From Laetmonice hystrix (Eukaryota): a stretch of DNA of 64,000 nucleotides. The notes below the pieces were generated by a model that searched no databases, had not been told where the DNA came from, and was given only the letters and a program-made list of their open reading frames with translations. Within the stretch, counting starts at the first letter, position 1, and each line of letters begins with the position of its first letter. A program made the translations under genes and the position numbers. The DNA is taken from positions 6,078,001 to 6,142,000 of the forward strand of contig OZ249436.1 of the NCBI GenBank assembly GCA_965235115.1, read 5' to 3'. Positions 39,720 through 52,974 of the stretch are shown here, in pieces.

Positions 39720-40440
39720 AGCCATTGCCTGGATCAGCCCGATACATCATCTCTGTGGACATCTCTTATTGACACGGCTTGGCACACATTGAACCTGCCT
39801 GAGATCACAGCTGTGTCTGGGTCTACATCACATTCCAGACTTTGTTCCTTGAGTTTCATAAACCAGCCGTGTATGTCGTAATCAAGTCGGGCCCCAGTTT
39901 GATATATGTATGATAACAAGGTGTCATGGGGGCAAGAGAACAATGGATCCATTTTGTGGGAACGCCCCAAGCGTTGGAAGAGTGGTTTCATGTCATGAGT
40001 GTACACACAACCTTTGAATGTCAGCGAGGGACTTGGTACACCGCACCGAGCACCTCTCCCTCGGCGAAAACCTGCATGAAATATGATTGGAGATTGATGG
40101 GATATTTCATTGTCATGGCGGGAGGCAAAGTTTGTTCCTATGGAAGGTGTGAAGGAGTTGAGGGTGGTGAGAGATAGATGCGGGTGGGGGTTTTGTGGGG
40201 AGGCGTGTTTGTGTAGGGGTAAAAACACTGAGGGGGTTGTGAGAGTAGCGGTACTTCCTGTTCAGGGTGTCGTTAACAAGTAAGTACTGCAACTTCTTTT
40301 ATGTGGTCACGGTGACAAAAATAAACAAGGATGTCGATCTGTTAATGTTGGCCGCCTCCCCTGCCCGCCTCCCACGACCGCCTCTGTCGACGGGCAGGCC
40401 TATATTACCGTGTACACCGTACACCTGACCGTTAATATAA

Positions 40441-40494
40441 GACGACCTGCAGTGGACGGCCTGCAGTGGGCGACCTGCAGTGGACGACCTGCAG
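40441..40494. repeat. 14-bp unit x~4
   Basis: GACGACCTGCAGTG. Confidence 0.88.
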
Positions 40495-41132
40495 AGGTAT
40501 CAGCCACTGCAGGGATTGATCTCAACCCGCGTTATTCTGATTACCGTCAGAATATGGTTCATATTCCACGGTTATATAACTTGTGTGTTGTGACATAATA
40601 TTATTTACAATAAATCTCATGTCGATATAGGGCCTATCGATCATGTTCACCAGACTAAATATACAAGCGTGTTATGTCACCATGTTTTAGTGTGGATAGA
40701 TGCTTGTATGCTTTCAAAGAATTACTGTGAGGAAATATCGGAAAGATACGAAAAGATGGCTCTAATGTATACATGATTTATAATATAAAGTAAAAATTTC
40801 ACGAAAAACAACCGACGAGATTCAAGCAGACAGTGGGACACAAAACTACAGACATGGCTGCATACAATTTATAAAACATTGATTAAAATTAATATTATCG
40901 TGTGGAAATTATGCAGCCATATACATGTATGGGGCTTTAGTTCGGCAGTGTTACACTTTTTACGTATTATGTTTGAATGATGGGATAATTATATATAAAA
41001 TAACAAAAATTAACTTTAGAAACAATAAATTACAAGAATACTGTATTATCAGCATTGTAGGCCGTTGTCAGAAACATGAAGGGGAGTTTGGACGTCAAAA
41101 TCATCGCAAACCATAATCCAGATGTCCATTTA

Positions 41133-41414
41133 GGGGGAGACCATTAGATATTTAGGGGGTGGGAGTCCTGGGTTTTTTCTTGGGAATATTTTTTTATTTC
41201 AAAGAGTGGACTGCCTCCTTTATTTTTTTCCAACCCTCATGAATTTTGTTTATTTATTTCACATGAGGCGCATTGTTTATTTCCAGATACTAATAACACA
41301 TTATTTATTTCGGGCATAGCCAGGGAGAATTTATTTATTTCGCCAAATTTTCCACCCGAAATGATTTATTTTCAAAAACACCCAGCCCCCCCTAAATATC
41401 TAATGGTGGCCCCC
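41133..41414. mobile_element. MITE (non-autonomous DNA transposon), PIF/Harbinger-like
   Basis: 27-bp TIRs GGGGG(AG/CC)ACCATTAGATATTTAGGGGG (2 mismatches); TTA duplicated at 41130-41132 and 41415-41417; AT-rich interior with TTTATTT repeats; 282 bp. Confidence 0.88.
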
Positions 41415-41416
41415 TT

Positions 41417-42143
41417 AGGAGCCTGAGAGTCTCTAACTGTCATGGAGTCTATCTATATACAGGAGCCTGATAATAGCTATCATTGAGTCTCTGTCATGAT
41501 GTCTCTCTATATAACAGGAGCCTGAGAATAACTGTCATGGAGTCTCTAACTGTCATGGAGTCTCTCTATATACAGGAGCCTGAGAATAACTGTCATGGAG
41601 TCTCTCTATATACAGGAGCCTGAGAATAACTGTCATGGAGTCTCTCTATATACAGGAGCCTGAGAATAACTGTCATGGAGTCTCTAACTGTCATGGAGTC
41701 TCTCTATATACAGGAGCCTGAGAATAACTGTCATGGAGTCTCTCTATATACAGGAGCCTGAGAATAACTGTCATGGAGTCTCTAACTGTCATGGAATCTC
41801 TCTATATACAGGAGCCTGAGAATAACTGTCATGGAGTCTCTGTCATGAAGTCTCTCTATATACAGGAGCCTGAGAATAACTGTCATGGAGTCTCTAACTG
41901 TCATGGAGTCTCTCTATATAACAGGAGCCTGAGAATAACTGTCATGGAGTCTCTAACTGTCATGAAGTCTCTCTATATAACAGGAGCCTGAGAATAGCTG
42001 TCATGGAGTCTCTAACTGTCATGGAGTCTCCCTATATACATTGTACAGGAGCCTGAGAATAGCTGTCATGGAGTCTCTAACTGTCATGGAGTCTCTCTAT
42101 ATACATTGTACAGGAGCCTGAGAATAACTGTCATGGAATCTCT
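41417..42143. repeat. Modular minisatellite, 40-bp unit plus optional 18-bp internal duplication
   Basis: AGGAGCCTGAGAATAACTGTCATGGAGTCTCTCTATATAC with optional extra TAACTGTCATGGAGTCTC. Confidence 0.96.
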
Positions 42144-42998
42144 CCTTGTAAGGACCTAAAGGCCTGTATCAAAAAGGGATGTTAACGGGGTTGACAAAGA
42201 AGACATCTTCTGACAGCAAGGGGCAGACATTGACTGAAAGATAAATTAGAGAATGTTGTAAAGAGCCCCGTCACTGACAGTTGACGTTTTATACAGATGC
42301 CCCTTCTGCATTGAAGCCACTGAAAAAGGAGAGCGCTGTCATTTTCGCGCACTCTACGATATAAAAAAGAAAATTGTTTTTAAATGGAAAAGTATTTTAG
42401 AACCATTCCGCGGGCTTTGAATGTGAGTATACAGCTGCTTCAGTTTCTGTCCTCAACCGTTGGTCTTGTAACTTAAGTGACGTTCTAAAGGCTCGGCGGC
42501 AGACGCCCCATGTCGGCAGCTTATAGAAGCATCATTGTTCACCGACTTGGGACTTGGCGGCGGCGCTCAGTGTGCTCGACAAACTGGAAGTGACGGTAGC
42601 GGGGACCACCTGAGTGCCGACCGCCGACCGGGCCGGGGCCGCCGACAGCGGCCGGGTCGGGCCGACCTCGGCGCGTACCGTGCCACAAGCCAGCTGGTTT
42701 CTGACAGCCGTTTTAACCGCGCTTGACGAGTTCTGACGGCCGATCACACTAACTACGGCCATGGCGAGTTGAGAAAGTTATGGACGCAGGATGGACAGCC
42801 ACACCCCCTGCGTCTCGGAATGTCTTTCATGTCAGCGCCGGGCGCTCGGTCGTCGATAGGAGACTGTTTACTCCGCCTCAATGACCGTCAGCACCGAGCT
42901 CAGATATTGCAGACAAGGATTTCTTTATGGATGGCCTTTTTTAAAAAGTGATTTCTGCATTAATTCGCGTGCAACTATTTCAGTCTGCTGGAGATTTC

Positions 42999-43177
42999 AT
43001 CTTACTTCTCATACCAGAATAACCTATCATGCTAGGCACTATCTGTGTGGATGTTGGTATCTTACTTCTCATACCAGAATAACCTATCATGCTAGGCACT
43101 ATCTGTGTGGATGTTGGTATCTTACTTCTCATACCAGAATAACCTATCATGCTAGGCACTATCTGTGTGGATGTTGG
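42999..43177. repeat. 60-bp unit x3, identical copies
   Basis: ATCTTACTTCTCATACCAGAATAACCTATCATGCTAGGCACTATCTGTGTGGATGTTGGT. Confidence 0.97.
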
Positions 43178-43553
43178 CGCAAGAGTCCCTTTGTTAGGAG
43201 TTATTTGACGTCATTTTACGCGGCGGTCAACTGGTCATCTCACGCAGTAATTTTTGTCAGACTCCGGGCCTATTCGACATCATCATACATGTATATGAAA
43301 TGTCAATATAAGCTACAGTATATCTCTGGCAGCATGATGGAAGGATTTTGTTTACGTTCAATTGTCGACGTTCATTGATTGATATAAGAAGTTGGTATAG
43401 GACGACAGCAACACAAGTAATATGTACCTGTTTATATAGGCCGACCATGTAGTGCCGAGTATGTCTGCCATGGAATTATACGAGGACGGAGATAATGGCG
43501 GGAACACGAGGAATAGGTCCATTTGATTATTTCCCCCGTTTTCAGTGAGACGC

Positions 43554-43699
43554 ATACATTATGTAACAATATACATGTTTACCTATACATTATGTAACAA
43601 TATACATGTTTACCTATACACTATGTACCTTTACACTATGTAACAATATACAGGTTTACCTATACACTATGTAACAATATACATGTTTACCTATACATT
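43554..43699. repeat. 31-bp AT-rich unit x~4
   Basis: ATACATTATGTAACAATATACATGTTTACCT. Confidence 0.92.
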
Positions 43700-43962
43700 T
43701 CTTAACTCCTTAGGAAGAATACGAATTGTGGTTAAGTTACTATAAATATACACCTACCGGGGATTGTGTTAATTATGATCTTTTACTGTTTCATTCTGTC
43801 TCTATAAGGCCCTTAAAATTAAAGAGGCATATTTATTGAAACAATAGAGCATGGTTTACTATGGTGAGGGCAAACCGCACAGAGACCATTAATATATTGA
43901 TAATATTCGGAAGAGATAATTAGTGGTAAAGGTATCGGCAACAGTGAGGTCGAATACATTAA

Positions 43963-44357
43963 AGGAAATATGTCACAGGGGGTATCGACCGAAATCTTCA
44001 GTTTTCTGCTTACCTGCTCACCACTGACGTACTTTATGGCACTGATTGTTTTTCATATTGATTCTGTTAACACATACTACGAGTAGACAGCTGTGAAATT
44101 CTCCCTAATGTAGAAAAAATGAATAAAACTTGCGGCAGTGTCTGCAAAGTGCGATGAATCCGCCATTTTGCCCCCCTTTGGCTGCCGCGAATCGTTTGAA
44201 CGGGTCCTATGATCACGTGGTGATTTTTTTTTTTACAAAATACCGGCCAAAGCTACATAAACAGGTAGGGGACCTTTGGGGCATATCGGAGAACCACAAT
44301 GCAGACATATTTTTGCTGAAACACGACGTATTATTTGAAATTCGTGACATATTACCT
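43963..44357. mobile_element. MITE with TTAA target duplication, Kolobok-like
   Basis: TTAA|AGGAAATATGTCAC ... GTGACATATTACCT|TTAA (14-bp TIR, 1 mismatch); purine-purine start fits Kolobok rather than piggyBac (CCY); 395 bp; no transposase. Confidence 0.8.
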
Positions 44358-44518
44358 TTAATAATCGGTGATAGTCTAGGCCTGATGACGATACCAGTAG
44401 TGCTGTTCATAATGTATTATGTTAATTTAAAATCACAAGGACCCGTGTGTGTGCCAGTGAGGTGTGTGTATGTTTGGTTTGAACCTTTCAAGCAGAAAAA
44501 GAAGAATTACTTCGTGAA

Positions 44519-44566
44519 GGGGGGGGGGGGGTAATTGCAGCCCCCATACCCCTCGATCCGCCACTG
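44519..44566. mobile_element. Probable MITE right-end fragment (CAGTGGCGGATC-type terminus)
   Basis: Poly-G...CCCCTCGATCCGCCACTG; reverse complement matches 62073-62088 at 14 of 16 positions. Confidence 0.45.
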
Positions 44567-45252
44567 GTAGACCTCATATTAACTTAAATCACTGATTGTT
44601 GTGGATTTACTGCGGATTTCGACGACTTTGCTCCAGCCCTCACCCATCGTCAGATATCTCAAGAACCCATGCACTCGTAAAACGCAGGGTTCAACTTGTC
44701 GGAATAAACGTTTTCAACGCTGATGTTAGTGCACTGTTCTAAACGCAACCACCCCCTTTATCGCCCTGCTGTCAAGATGGCGCCGGTTTACATCCTCCCA
44801 ACTAAAGTGGGTGCAACTCCTTTCACGAGGCAACGGTTGGTAAGCAACAAACGTGACAAACAAAATCAGAGTTGTCACTGCTTGCTTCACGCAGGCTTTG
44901 TCAAAGTCGACGACGTCGTCATGCCAAATGAGCGAAGATTGCGTGCAGCCACAGCTCTCGCTCCCGGTGGTCACTAATCAAAACAATGTGGGAAGAAAGC
45001 GTCCGAGTGGGAAACGTTTCGTTGGATCGACCATGTGCTCAACATGAAAGGCAACTCAAAGCCTGTCAAAACTGGCTGAAAATCTCGTTAGTTTGAGGAA
45101 ACTCCCACGAAAAGCATTAACGGTTTGTTTGTATATAACCCTATACGTGTATACTATGTTGATCAAATATATTTATACCCAGTAGTAATCCAAGTAGTAT
45201 TCATATTGTGTCATAACAAAGTATCGGTATTTTGAGAAGCCTCCCCCTTAAC

Positions 45253-45298
45253 TGTCTCTCTCTGTCTCTGTCTCTGTCTCTGTCTCTCTCTCTGTCTG

Positions 45299-45368
<70 letters not shown>
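45253..45368. repeat. (CT)n/(CTGTCT)n microsatellite
   Basis: Direct reading. Confidence 0.98.
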
Positions 45369-45372
<4 letters not shown>

Positions 45373-47124
45373 TTTGGGGCAACTTTCATAAAAACACCAC
45401 AGAATCTTTCAAAATGCCTTTTTATCTCAATTTCGCTTTTCTGAAATGTCTTAATTACTAAAAAGAGATTTAGGTTTGTGGGGACAAAAGCGAGTTCGTA
45501 CCACTGGGGACAACCAATAAAATTGCAGCTTACAAAGGGTTTTGCGAGAGGTGAGAAAAACGTTGTGGGGACATCGAGAGGTCCGCCTTGAGAGGACAGT
45601 CCCTACAAGATTGTTTCTCTCACCTCTGTTAAACATTTCATGCGGAAATTGCCGTGCCGTCTTAGGGTTAAATATATTTAGAGTTATATTTGAACTATTC
45701 ATCTAGATTATACACACAAATTCGATACAATATAATGACATTATAGGCTTACCTTACCTTAATTGCCAACACGATAGAATCTACTACCGGTATCTAATTG
45801 ATCTCATGCACAGCGCCTCCACCCAGGATTTCAGAAAGGTAGGGTAATATGGCAAGGAAGGTGCATGTTTTGCCACCAACAAGTGCCTGTGGCAAAGAGT
45901 CAAGGCACGAAGTGTTATCGAGGGGTATCTGGGTTATAGCCCAGAAGAAATATTTTAGAAAGGGTGATTAATTAACCATCGGTCACAGTTTATTGAACTC
46001 CTATATAAAAGTAAGCAAGATCTGTGTGGTAAATAGAGTAGGTGAAAGATATGCAAGTACACGCACTCCTCTTTTAAATTCTTGTGCTATTAATACCAGT
46101 TGGTGGTGTGCATTGTCCATGTTTGTTTATCACACCTCACGCCGGCGACTCTGTACGTCAGTCAGTCAGTTACAGTCAACAGTTTTACCTGTAGACAGTA
46201 TGACACCGCCAGACATTCTTGGTTGTAGCACTTTGACTTTATTTGGACAGACAGGACGGTGGAAATGGTGTCTTGATTAATATGAAATACTGTTCTACCT
46301 GGGAAACCTTCTGATGTTTAAGTCCGTGCTCACTTATATTGCTAGGTGATAAAGAACCCACTAAAATACAGCCATGTAGGCAATTGGTTTTGGAGGGGAA
46401 ACTCTAATTTGTATATAATTGACTGTAATTGTGTGGATCGTGACGCTGGGTAACAACTGACGTATGCAGAACGTCGGTGTCACGTGCCTCATTGTCCATG
46501 TTACCCTGATTTTATCATTTTTATTAATATCTTGTAATAAAATCGACTTGCAGGAAAAAACTATGGATGGTCGCCCTATTTGTAGTCCTCCAGACGGGAT
46601 CTAGACCTCCAAGTCTTTGGTTGTCGCCTGTAAAATGTGTTTATCTTACTAAAACAATGTGGTTGTGTTGGACACCACTCTGGAGGTCCAGCTTGACCTC
46701 CCCACTATATAAAGCCACAAAACCACTGGTCACATGTACAGTAAACGGTCACGTCTGAAAGTATCGCTAAGATAGACTCGGGTCTGTCTCCCATGAACTG
46801 GCTGATGGGTCGGAAGGAGCTTGCATGGGTCCACGTTCGGTCGTAGTCTGGCAACACGTGCTGATGGTTCAAACACTGACAGTATGATGAGTCGCGAAGT
46901 GTCCACTTGGAGGCGGGAGGGTGCAAGCCTGAGAAAAGTGTGACATGACTCTTCTAAAGGGATGTAGCAATACAACCCGTTCCCCGTCAGTGGGTCGATC
47001 TGTGGCATAGTTCCGTATGGCGGCTACCATTGGGTTATCACGTGTTGCATCAGACGCCAGATCTTCGAACGGTAGGATGAACGTATCTAGTCGACTAAGA
47101 CCAAGTTCACTTTTTCTTATTTCT

Positions 47125-47255
47125 TTTCTCTCTGTCTCTGTCTCTGTCTCTGTCTCTCTTCCCCTCCCCCTCTCTCTCCCCCTCTCCCTCGCTATGTCTC
47201 TCTCTATGTCTATGTCTCTCTCTGTGTCTATGTCTCCCCCTCTGTCTGTCTCTCT
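47125..47255. repeat. Degenerate CT-rich microsatellite
   Basis: Direct reading. Confidence 0.9.
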
Positions 47256-48351
47256 GGGTTACTTTTGCACAAAGCCGCCATCTTGTAGTGATTAGAACCA
47301 AGCTGATAACTTGATAATACTTGTAGATAACATACATATTAAAGGGAATGTAAATAACCAAACAATTCTATTACATCATTGGTGTTTGTACATATGTCAC
47401 TGGTTCCAAGTTGTTTGTATATAATCAGTTATACAGAGCAGGAGTGCTTCCCGTGTCGAGAGCTGCTATATATGTAATATGTCGTCTGTTCCCATGGACG
47501 CACGACTTAATTACTCCTAGCATTAGGTAACACGTGGGCTGGTCTATGCGGGTTACCTGCAGGGGTAGGGTGTATGTGTGTGTCAGAGAACCGATAAGGG
47601 CACCCGTTGGCCCGTCGGGTGCTAGGCCTATCTAACACGCTGCTGAGGGCAAGGCAATAAAACAACAATATCACCCAATATCGGGTGACCTTTCAACCTT
47701 GACGGCCTCAGTAAGTGTCGAGAAACCTCACACTGTCACTATCCATATATAGGACATTGTTCTGTGGTAAACAACTATATCTAGAGTAACATTTGAAAAG
47801 TACGTACACCTGATGCATTCCGTCTGAATCATAGCTTTTACTTAGTATCAATGACTTGGGAAAGGTGGGAGATCGTTAATATAGGAGCTTCAATTTGAAA
47901 AAAAACAACATTACAGGATGTAAAGTTGATAACATTCATCTCTATTATATATCTGCCATACAAAGCTACACAAAGATGGCAGCACCGGGGTGTAGGATGC
48001 TTGGGGATATTCACATACGACATATAATGAACGTGTTTGTGTGAAATGTGTTTTAGTTCATCACCTATGGCTATGTATACTGTCCAGATAGGAAATATCA
48101 CGCCATATATCGCGTCTCTTATAGTCAAGGCATATATATTATGTCAATGGTGGCAAAGGTTAGTAAGCCATTACGTCAAAATCTCGCTCCCCTCGCGTCT
48201 TCCTGCCATTAATATTCTTTGTTTTTTTAAATTTTATTGCATCAACTCGTTTTGTTTGTAGAAATGTATCTGCCCCTAGCTTTTTGAGGCGCATTCACTG
48301 AACAAGTTGTCTTTGTCAAAGTGACTGCTTTCACATTGCCTTTGAATACTT

Positions 48352-48490
48352 CCTCTGTGACTAATATACTTTTGGTTTGTATCTACCAACGTTACCGAGG
48401 TCGTCCAGTTTATAGAGACCCCTCTGTGGCTGATATACTTTCGGTTTGTATCTACCCTCGTTACCGAGGTCGTCCAGTTTATATAGACCC
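48352..48490. repeat. Two-copy ~70-bp duplication, diverged
   Basis: CCTCTGTG...GTTACCGAGGTCGTCCAGTTTATA twice. Confidence 0.92.
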
Positions 48491-48597
48491 CAAGTGTTTC
48501 AACCACTGGCGACATGGGATCGTGAACGATTTGACCTTGTCCCGCCCCAAAGTTACTGGACACCGCACCAAGTCATCCATTGATCCATTGGCAGGTT

Positions 48598-49657
48598 AAA
48601 ACTGACCATGGACCGGCTTGTGTCCAAGGACGCCCTGTGTCAGACTAGAAAACATCTCGCCATTAATTCCATTCACACAAACTGCCCATGGACCGGCTTG
48701 TATCCAAGGACGCCCTGAATCAAGACTAGAAAACATCTCGCCATTAATTCCATTCACACAAACTGACCATGCACCGTCTTGTGTCCAAGGACGCCCTGAA
48801 TCAAGACTAGAAAACATCTCGCCATTAATTTCATTCACACAGACTGACCATGTACCGTCTTGTGTCCAAGGACGCCCTGTGTCAGACTAGAAAACATCTC
48901 GCCATTAATTTCATTCACACAAACTGACCATGCACCGTCTTGTGTCCAAGGACACCCTGAATCAAGACTAGAAAACATCTCGCCATTAATTTCATTCACA
49001 CAAACTGACCATGCACCGTCTTGTGTCCAAGGACACCCTGAATCAAGACTAGAAAACATCTCGCCATTAATTTCATTCACACAGACTGACCATGGACCGT
49101 CTTGTGTCCAAGGACACCCTGTGTCAGACTAGAAACCATCTCGCCATTAATTTCATTCACACAAACTGACCATGGACCGGCTTGTATCCAAGGACGCCCT
49201 GACTCAAGACTAGAAAACATCTCGCCATTAATTTCATTCACACAAACTGACCATGGACCGGCTTGTATCCAAGGACGCCCTGAATCAAGACTAGAAAACA
49301 TCTCGCCATTAATTTCATTCACACAAACTGACCATGGACCGGCTTGTATCCAAGGACGCCCTGAATCAAGACTAGAAAACATCTCGCCATTAATTTCATT
49401 CACACAAACTGACCATGGACCGGCTTGTATCCAAGGACGCCCTGAATCAAGACTAGAAAACATCTCGCCATTAATTTCATTCACACAGACTGACCATGGA
49501 CCGTCTTGTGTCCAAGGACACCCTGAATCAAGACTAGAAAACATCTCGCCATTTATTTCATTCACACAAACTGACCATGGACCGTCTTGTGTCCAAGGAC
49601 GCCCTGAATCAAGTCTAGAAAACATCTCGCCATTAATTCCATTCACACAAACTGACC
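48598..49657. repeat. Minisatellite, 81-bp unit x13 with trimeric higher-order structure
   Basis: AAACTGACCATGGACCGGCTTGTATCCAAGGACGCCCTGAATCAAGACTAGAAAACATCTCGCCATTAATTTCATTCACAC; 80-bp GTGTCAG variant at 48637, 48879 and 49121. Confidence 0.98.
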
Positions 49658-51218
49658 GTGCGTTTTTACACGGTTTACCATTCAGAGGGAGAACGAAACC
49701 CATGGGTGAGAATTATTAGCCCAAATCAACCTTGAACCAGTAGAGTGTCGTTCAATATGTCAGATCTAATTCATTGTTCCCGCGACGACAGGCCTGCAGA
49801 AGTGGGCATTATTGTTGAGGAGGTTGGATTTATTCTGGCCTTCACCACGTCCCATAGGAGAATCTCAGGTCGACGTTCCCACAATCTCTGGTCGAGGTTC
49901 CTACAATAGCCAACCCGTCACACATGACGGCCAGCCTAGTTGTAACCATAATTCATTTTGATTAGCTTTTATAAAACCAGAATTAACCACAATTAGAAAT
50001 TCCATTACAGGATCCCGTAGGGTTTGAGGGCCGAGCCGGGCCGGCTGGCCTCGTGTCATGCCGGCAGCCTTTTGTTTCCGTCCATAGTGACACCGCAGGG
50101 ACCTAGCGTTCCCGTGATAAATCGCAGCTGTTTATTGGCTGATCGCACAGCTCATTATGAAAAATCATCAAACACACCAATCTATCTCAGTGCAGTCTAA
50201 AACTTGCGCTTTTTGCCAATCGTTTTGAGGGGGTGAGATAGATGAGGAATCCGTGTTGGGGTGGTGATGACGTCTCGCTCCAACTAAAAATGGTTCCCCA
50301 CTGACGGCCAACCGGACGTGACGTGCATGCCGGATGTGATCGGGGGTGTCGCGGTGAGTTTGACCGCGCTACTAGACGGCACAGTGGGCTGGACCCGGAG
50401 CCCCCCCCCCCATCTAAAACGGGGTGGGGTAGGCGAAGGGTGGTGACACCCCGGGAGTGTGGTACGGTTCAACGGGAGGGGTGGCGGTGCCCAACCCGGG
50501 ATTTGAAGGGTAAATCCTAGTTGCCACCCGTCATAAGAGAGAATATTGTGACCAGATTATGGCTGCACGTGCCTCGTGATGGATCTGGGCCTAATGACGC
50601 GCGGATTAGCGTTAGTTTGAGAGTGATCTCTTCGTACCAGACTGCCGATTCAAGACGGTATTAGTTGAGCGGGTCTAATCGAACAAAACACTATAAAGCA
50701 ACCATTGTGGCTGTTATTAACGCTAGCGTGGAGTACATGCTAATGTCATTAATAAATCTACACACATCATGCTGTGTAATCCATAGAACAAACAATATGA
50801 ATTAGCATATCTAAAACAAGGGAAGGATTGATCGACGGGCAAAGCTCACTTCAAAACTGTTCCTGTTTCCTTTTATGTGTGACGACCTTTCATCTTTTCA
50901 ATATACTGGCATTAAAAGTCAGCTATTGGCATGGATTGAGTGGTGTGGGGAGATGTGCGTATGGTTGGAATGTATGCACCCTGGTTGAACTGGACGGGTG
51001 AGCCGACCACCACTATAGTGGCTGTGTTGGGTTGACTTTACTCTTTCTGAAAATATTGGGTAATCTTGTCACAATGATGTATTCCTATACTGTTTAAATA
51101 ACACCGAATTACGGGCGTTTGAAAACAGAAGTAACGCTTATTCGACATTCAAGCGGTCTGCAAGTGTTGAAGAGAGCACTGTTCAAGATACATAATGCTG
51201 ATTAAAAAGGCAAGTTGG

Positions 51219-51292
51219 CAGAGAGACAGAGACAGAGACAGAGACAGAGAGAGAGATAGAGAGATAGAGAGAGACAGAGAGAGAGTAGAGAA
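51219..51292. repeat. GA-rich microsatellite
   Basis: (GAGACA)n/(GA)n. Confidence 0.92.
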
Positions 51293-52526
51293 AAGGTAGC
51301 GAGTGTTCGCCGTCAGTCGATGCCAAGGCGGACTGCAATGAGAGACCGAGTTCTGACCAGCCGTCTCCCCACCAGAGAAACCCCCCACAGTCTCTCTTCC
51401 CTCCCCGAGCCGGGATAACAAAGTTCAAACTCTTTGCTCTCTTTGTAATTCGTTTCAGTAACCAAGGGCGGTTTCCGTTGGTCAGCCAGCGGAGGTCACT
51501 TTACGTGTACATCATCCTGACATCGAGACTATTCGGATACCCGGCCTGGCCGCCGACATTGCCCGTCGAATTTTCACAGGCGTCGAATGGGATGGTTGCC
51601 GCTTGGACAGCCTTTCATATACTGGTAATTGTGGTGTCAGACAATATTGATCATAGTTGATATAATGGAATGCGGCGCTTGCCAATTACGCCTGGCCTGT
51701 CGGCCGTGGGAGGGCAGGCGAGGATCGAGTAGCGGCTTGATCTGGGCCAGTTATGACGATCTTTAATCACGCCCTCGACATCCCTCATTCCGGCAGACGA
51801 CACCCAGTCCGCTCGGCTGAACATGGCTGCCGGGCGGTCTGCCGCCTCACCATACAACTGTCCGTGAAGCTCTCTCATAACGTCGTTAATAAGTAGCACA
51901 CGACAGACATGGCATCCTTTAAATATAATCGCACGCCCTTACATGTACCAATCCAGTTTCATATTATTTAGCTAAGCTTTCTGACCGGAAAATCCACGGT
52001 AACCCCCCAAGGGTGAAGTAATTCGAGAGCGCAGTGCAATTCATCAGCGATAAACGGACGTTTCTGCTTGTCCGCGCCCCTTCGCCTTGTGGCTTTTGGA
52101 TTCTAGACTTGATGAAATAAAATGATCTCATTTTTGTCGTCGGCGAGCTTTGCTGATCTTCCGCGCGAGCTGGTGGCCGTGATGATATCGTGTGGTGGCC
52201 GACAGTCAGCGAAATCGAGAGATCTTGGTGGTGTTGTCGAGCGTGGGCTGTGATCACACGGTGTGGCAGGAGTTGTCTGCGAATTGTATGGGTGGTTGGG
52301 GCCACTGACTGGATGGCCTCCGGGCTGTTGGGGATCAGAGCCAGGGCTAGGATCAGATCCCAGTTCGTCCTTCACCCCCTACAGCCTGACCTGACTTTTA
52401 GTGTCACAGTTCTGTTGGATGAACAGATTGTTCTGCGATACGTATTTTATTATTTATAGATGCAGATCTTACATGCCGAGCAAGATGTACGATATCATCT
52501 TTCCTTGGCACTTTCATTTTGCTAAC

Positions 52527-52974
52527 ACAGGATGCACTGGGATCAATGATACAGCATGCACCGGGATCAATGATACAGCATGCCGGGATCAATGATACAG
52601 GATGCACCGTGATCAATGATACAGCATGCACCAGGATCAATGATACAGCATGCACGGATCAATGATACAGCATGCCGGGGTCAATGATACAGCATGCCGG
52701 GATCAATGATACAGGATGCACCGGGATCAATGATACAGCATGCACCGGGATCAATGATACAGTATGCACCGGGATCAATGATACAGCATGCACCGGGATC
52801 AATGATACAGCATGCACCGGGATCAATGATACAGCATGCACCGGGATCAATGCATGTACCGGGATCAATGATACAGCAAGCCGGGATCAATGATACAGCA
52901 TGTACCGGGATCAATGAGACAGCATGCACCGTGATCAATGATACAGCATGTACCAGGATCAATGATACAGTATG
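52527..52974. repeat. Minisatellite, 24-bp unit (22-bp variants), ~19 copies
   Basis: GGGATCAATGATACAGCATGCACC. Confidence 0.97.

Noticed and set aside
41438..41460. TGTCATGGAGT resembles the 5' end of miR-281
   Set aside because: Only the first 11 nt match, inside a tandem unit, with no precursor hairpin.
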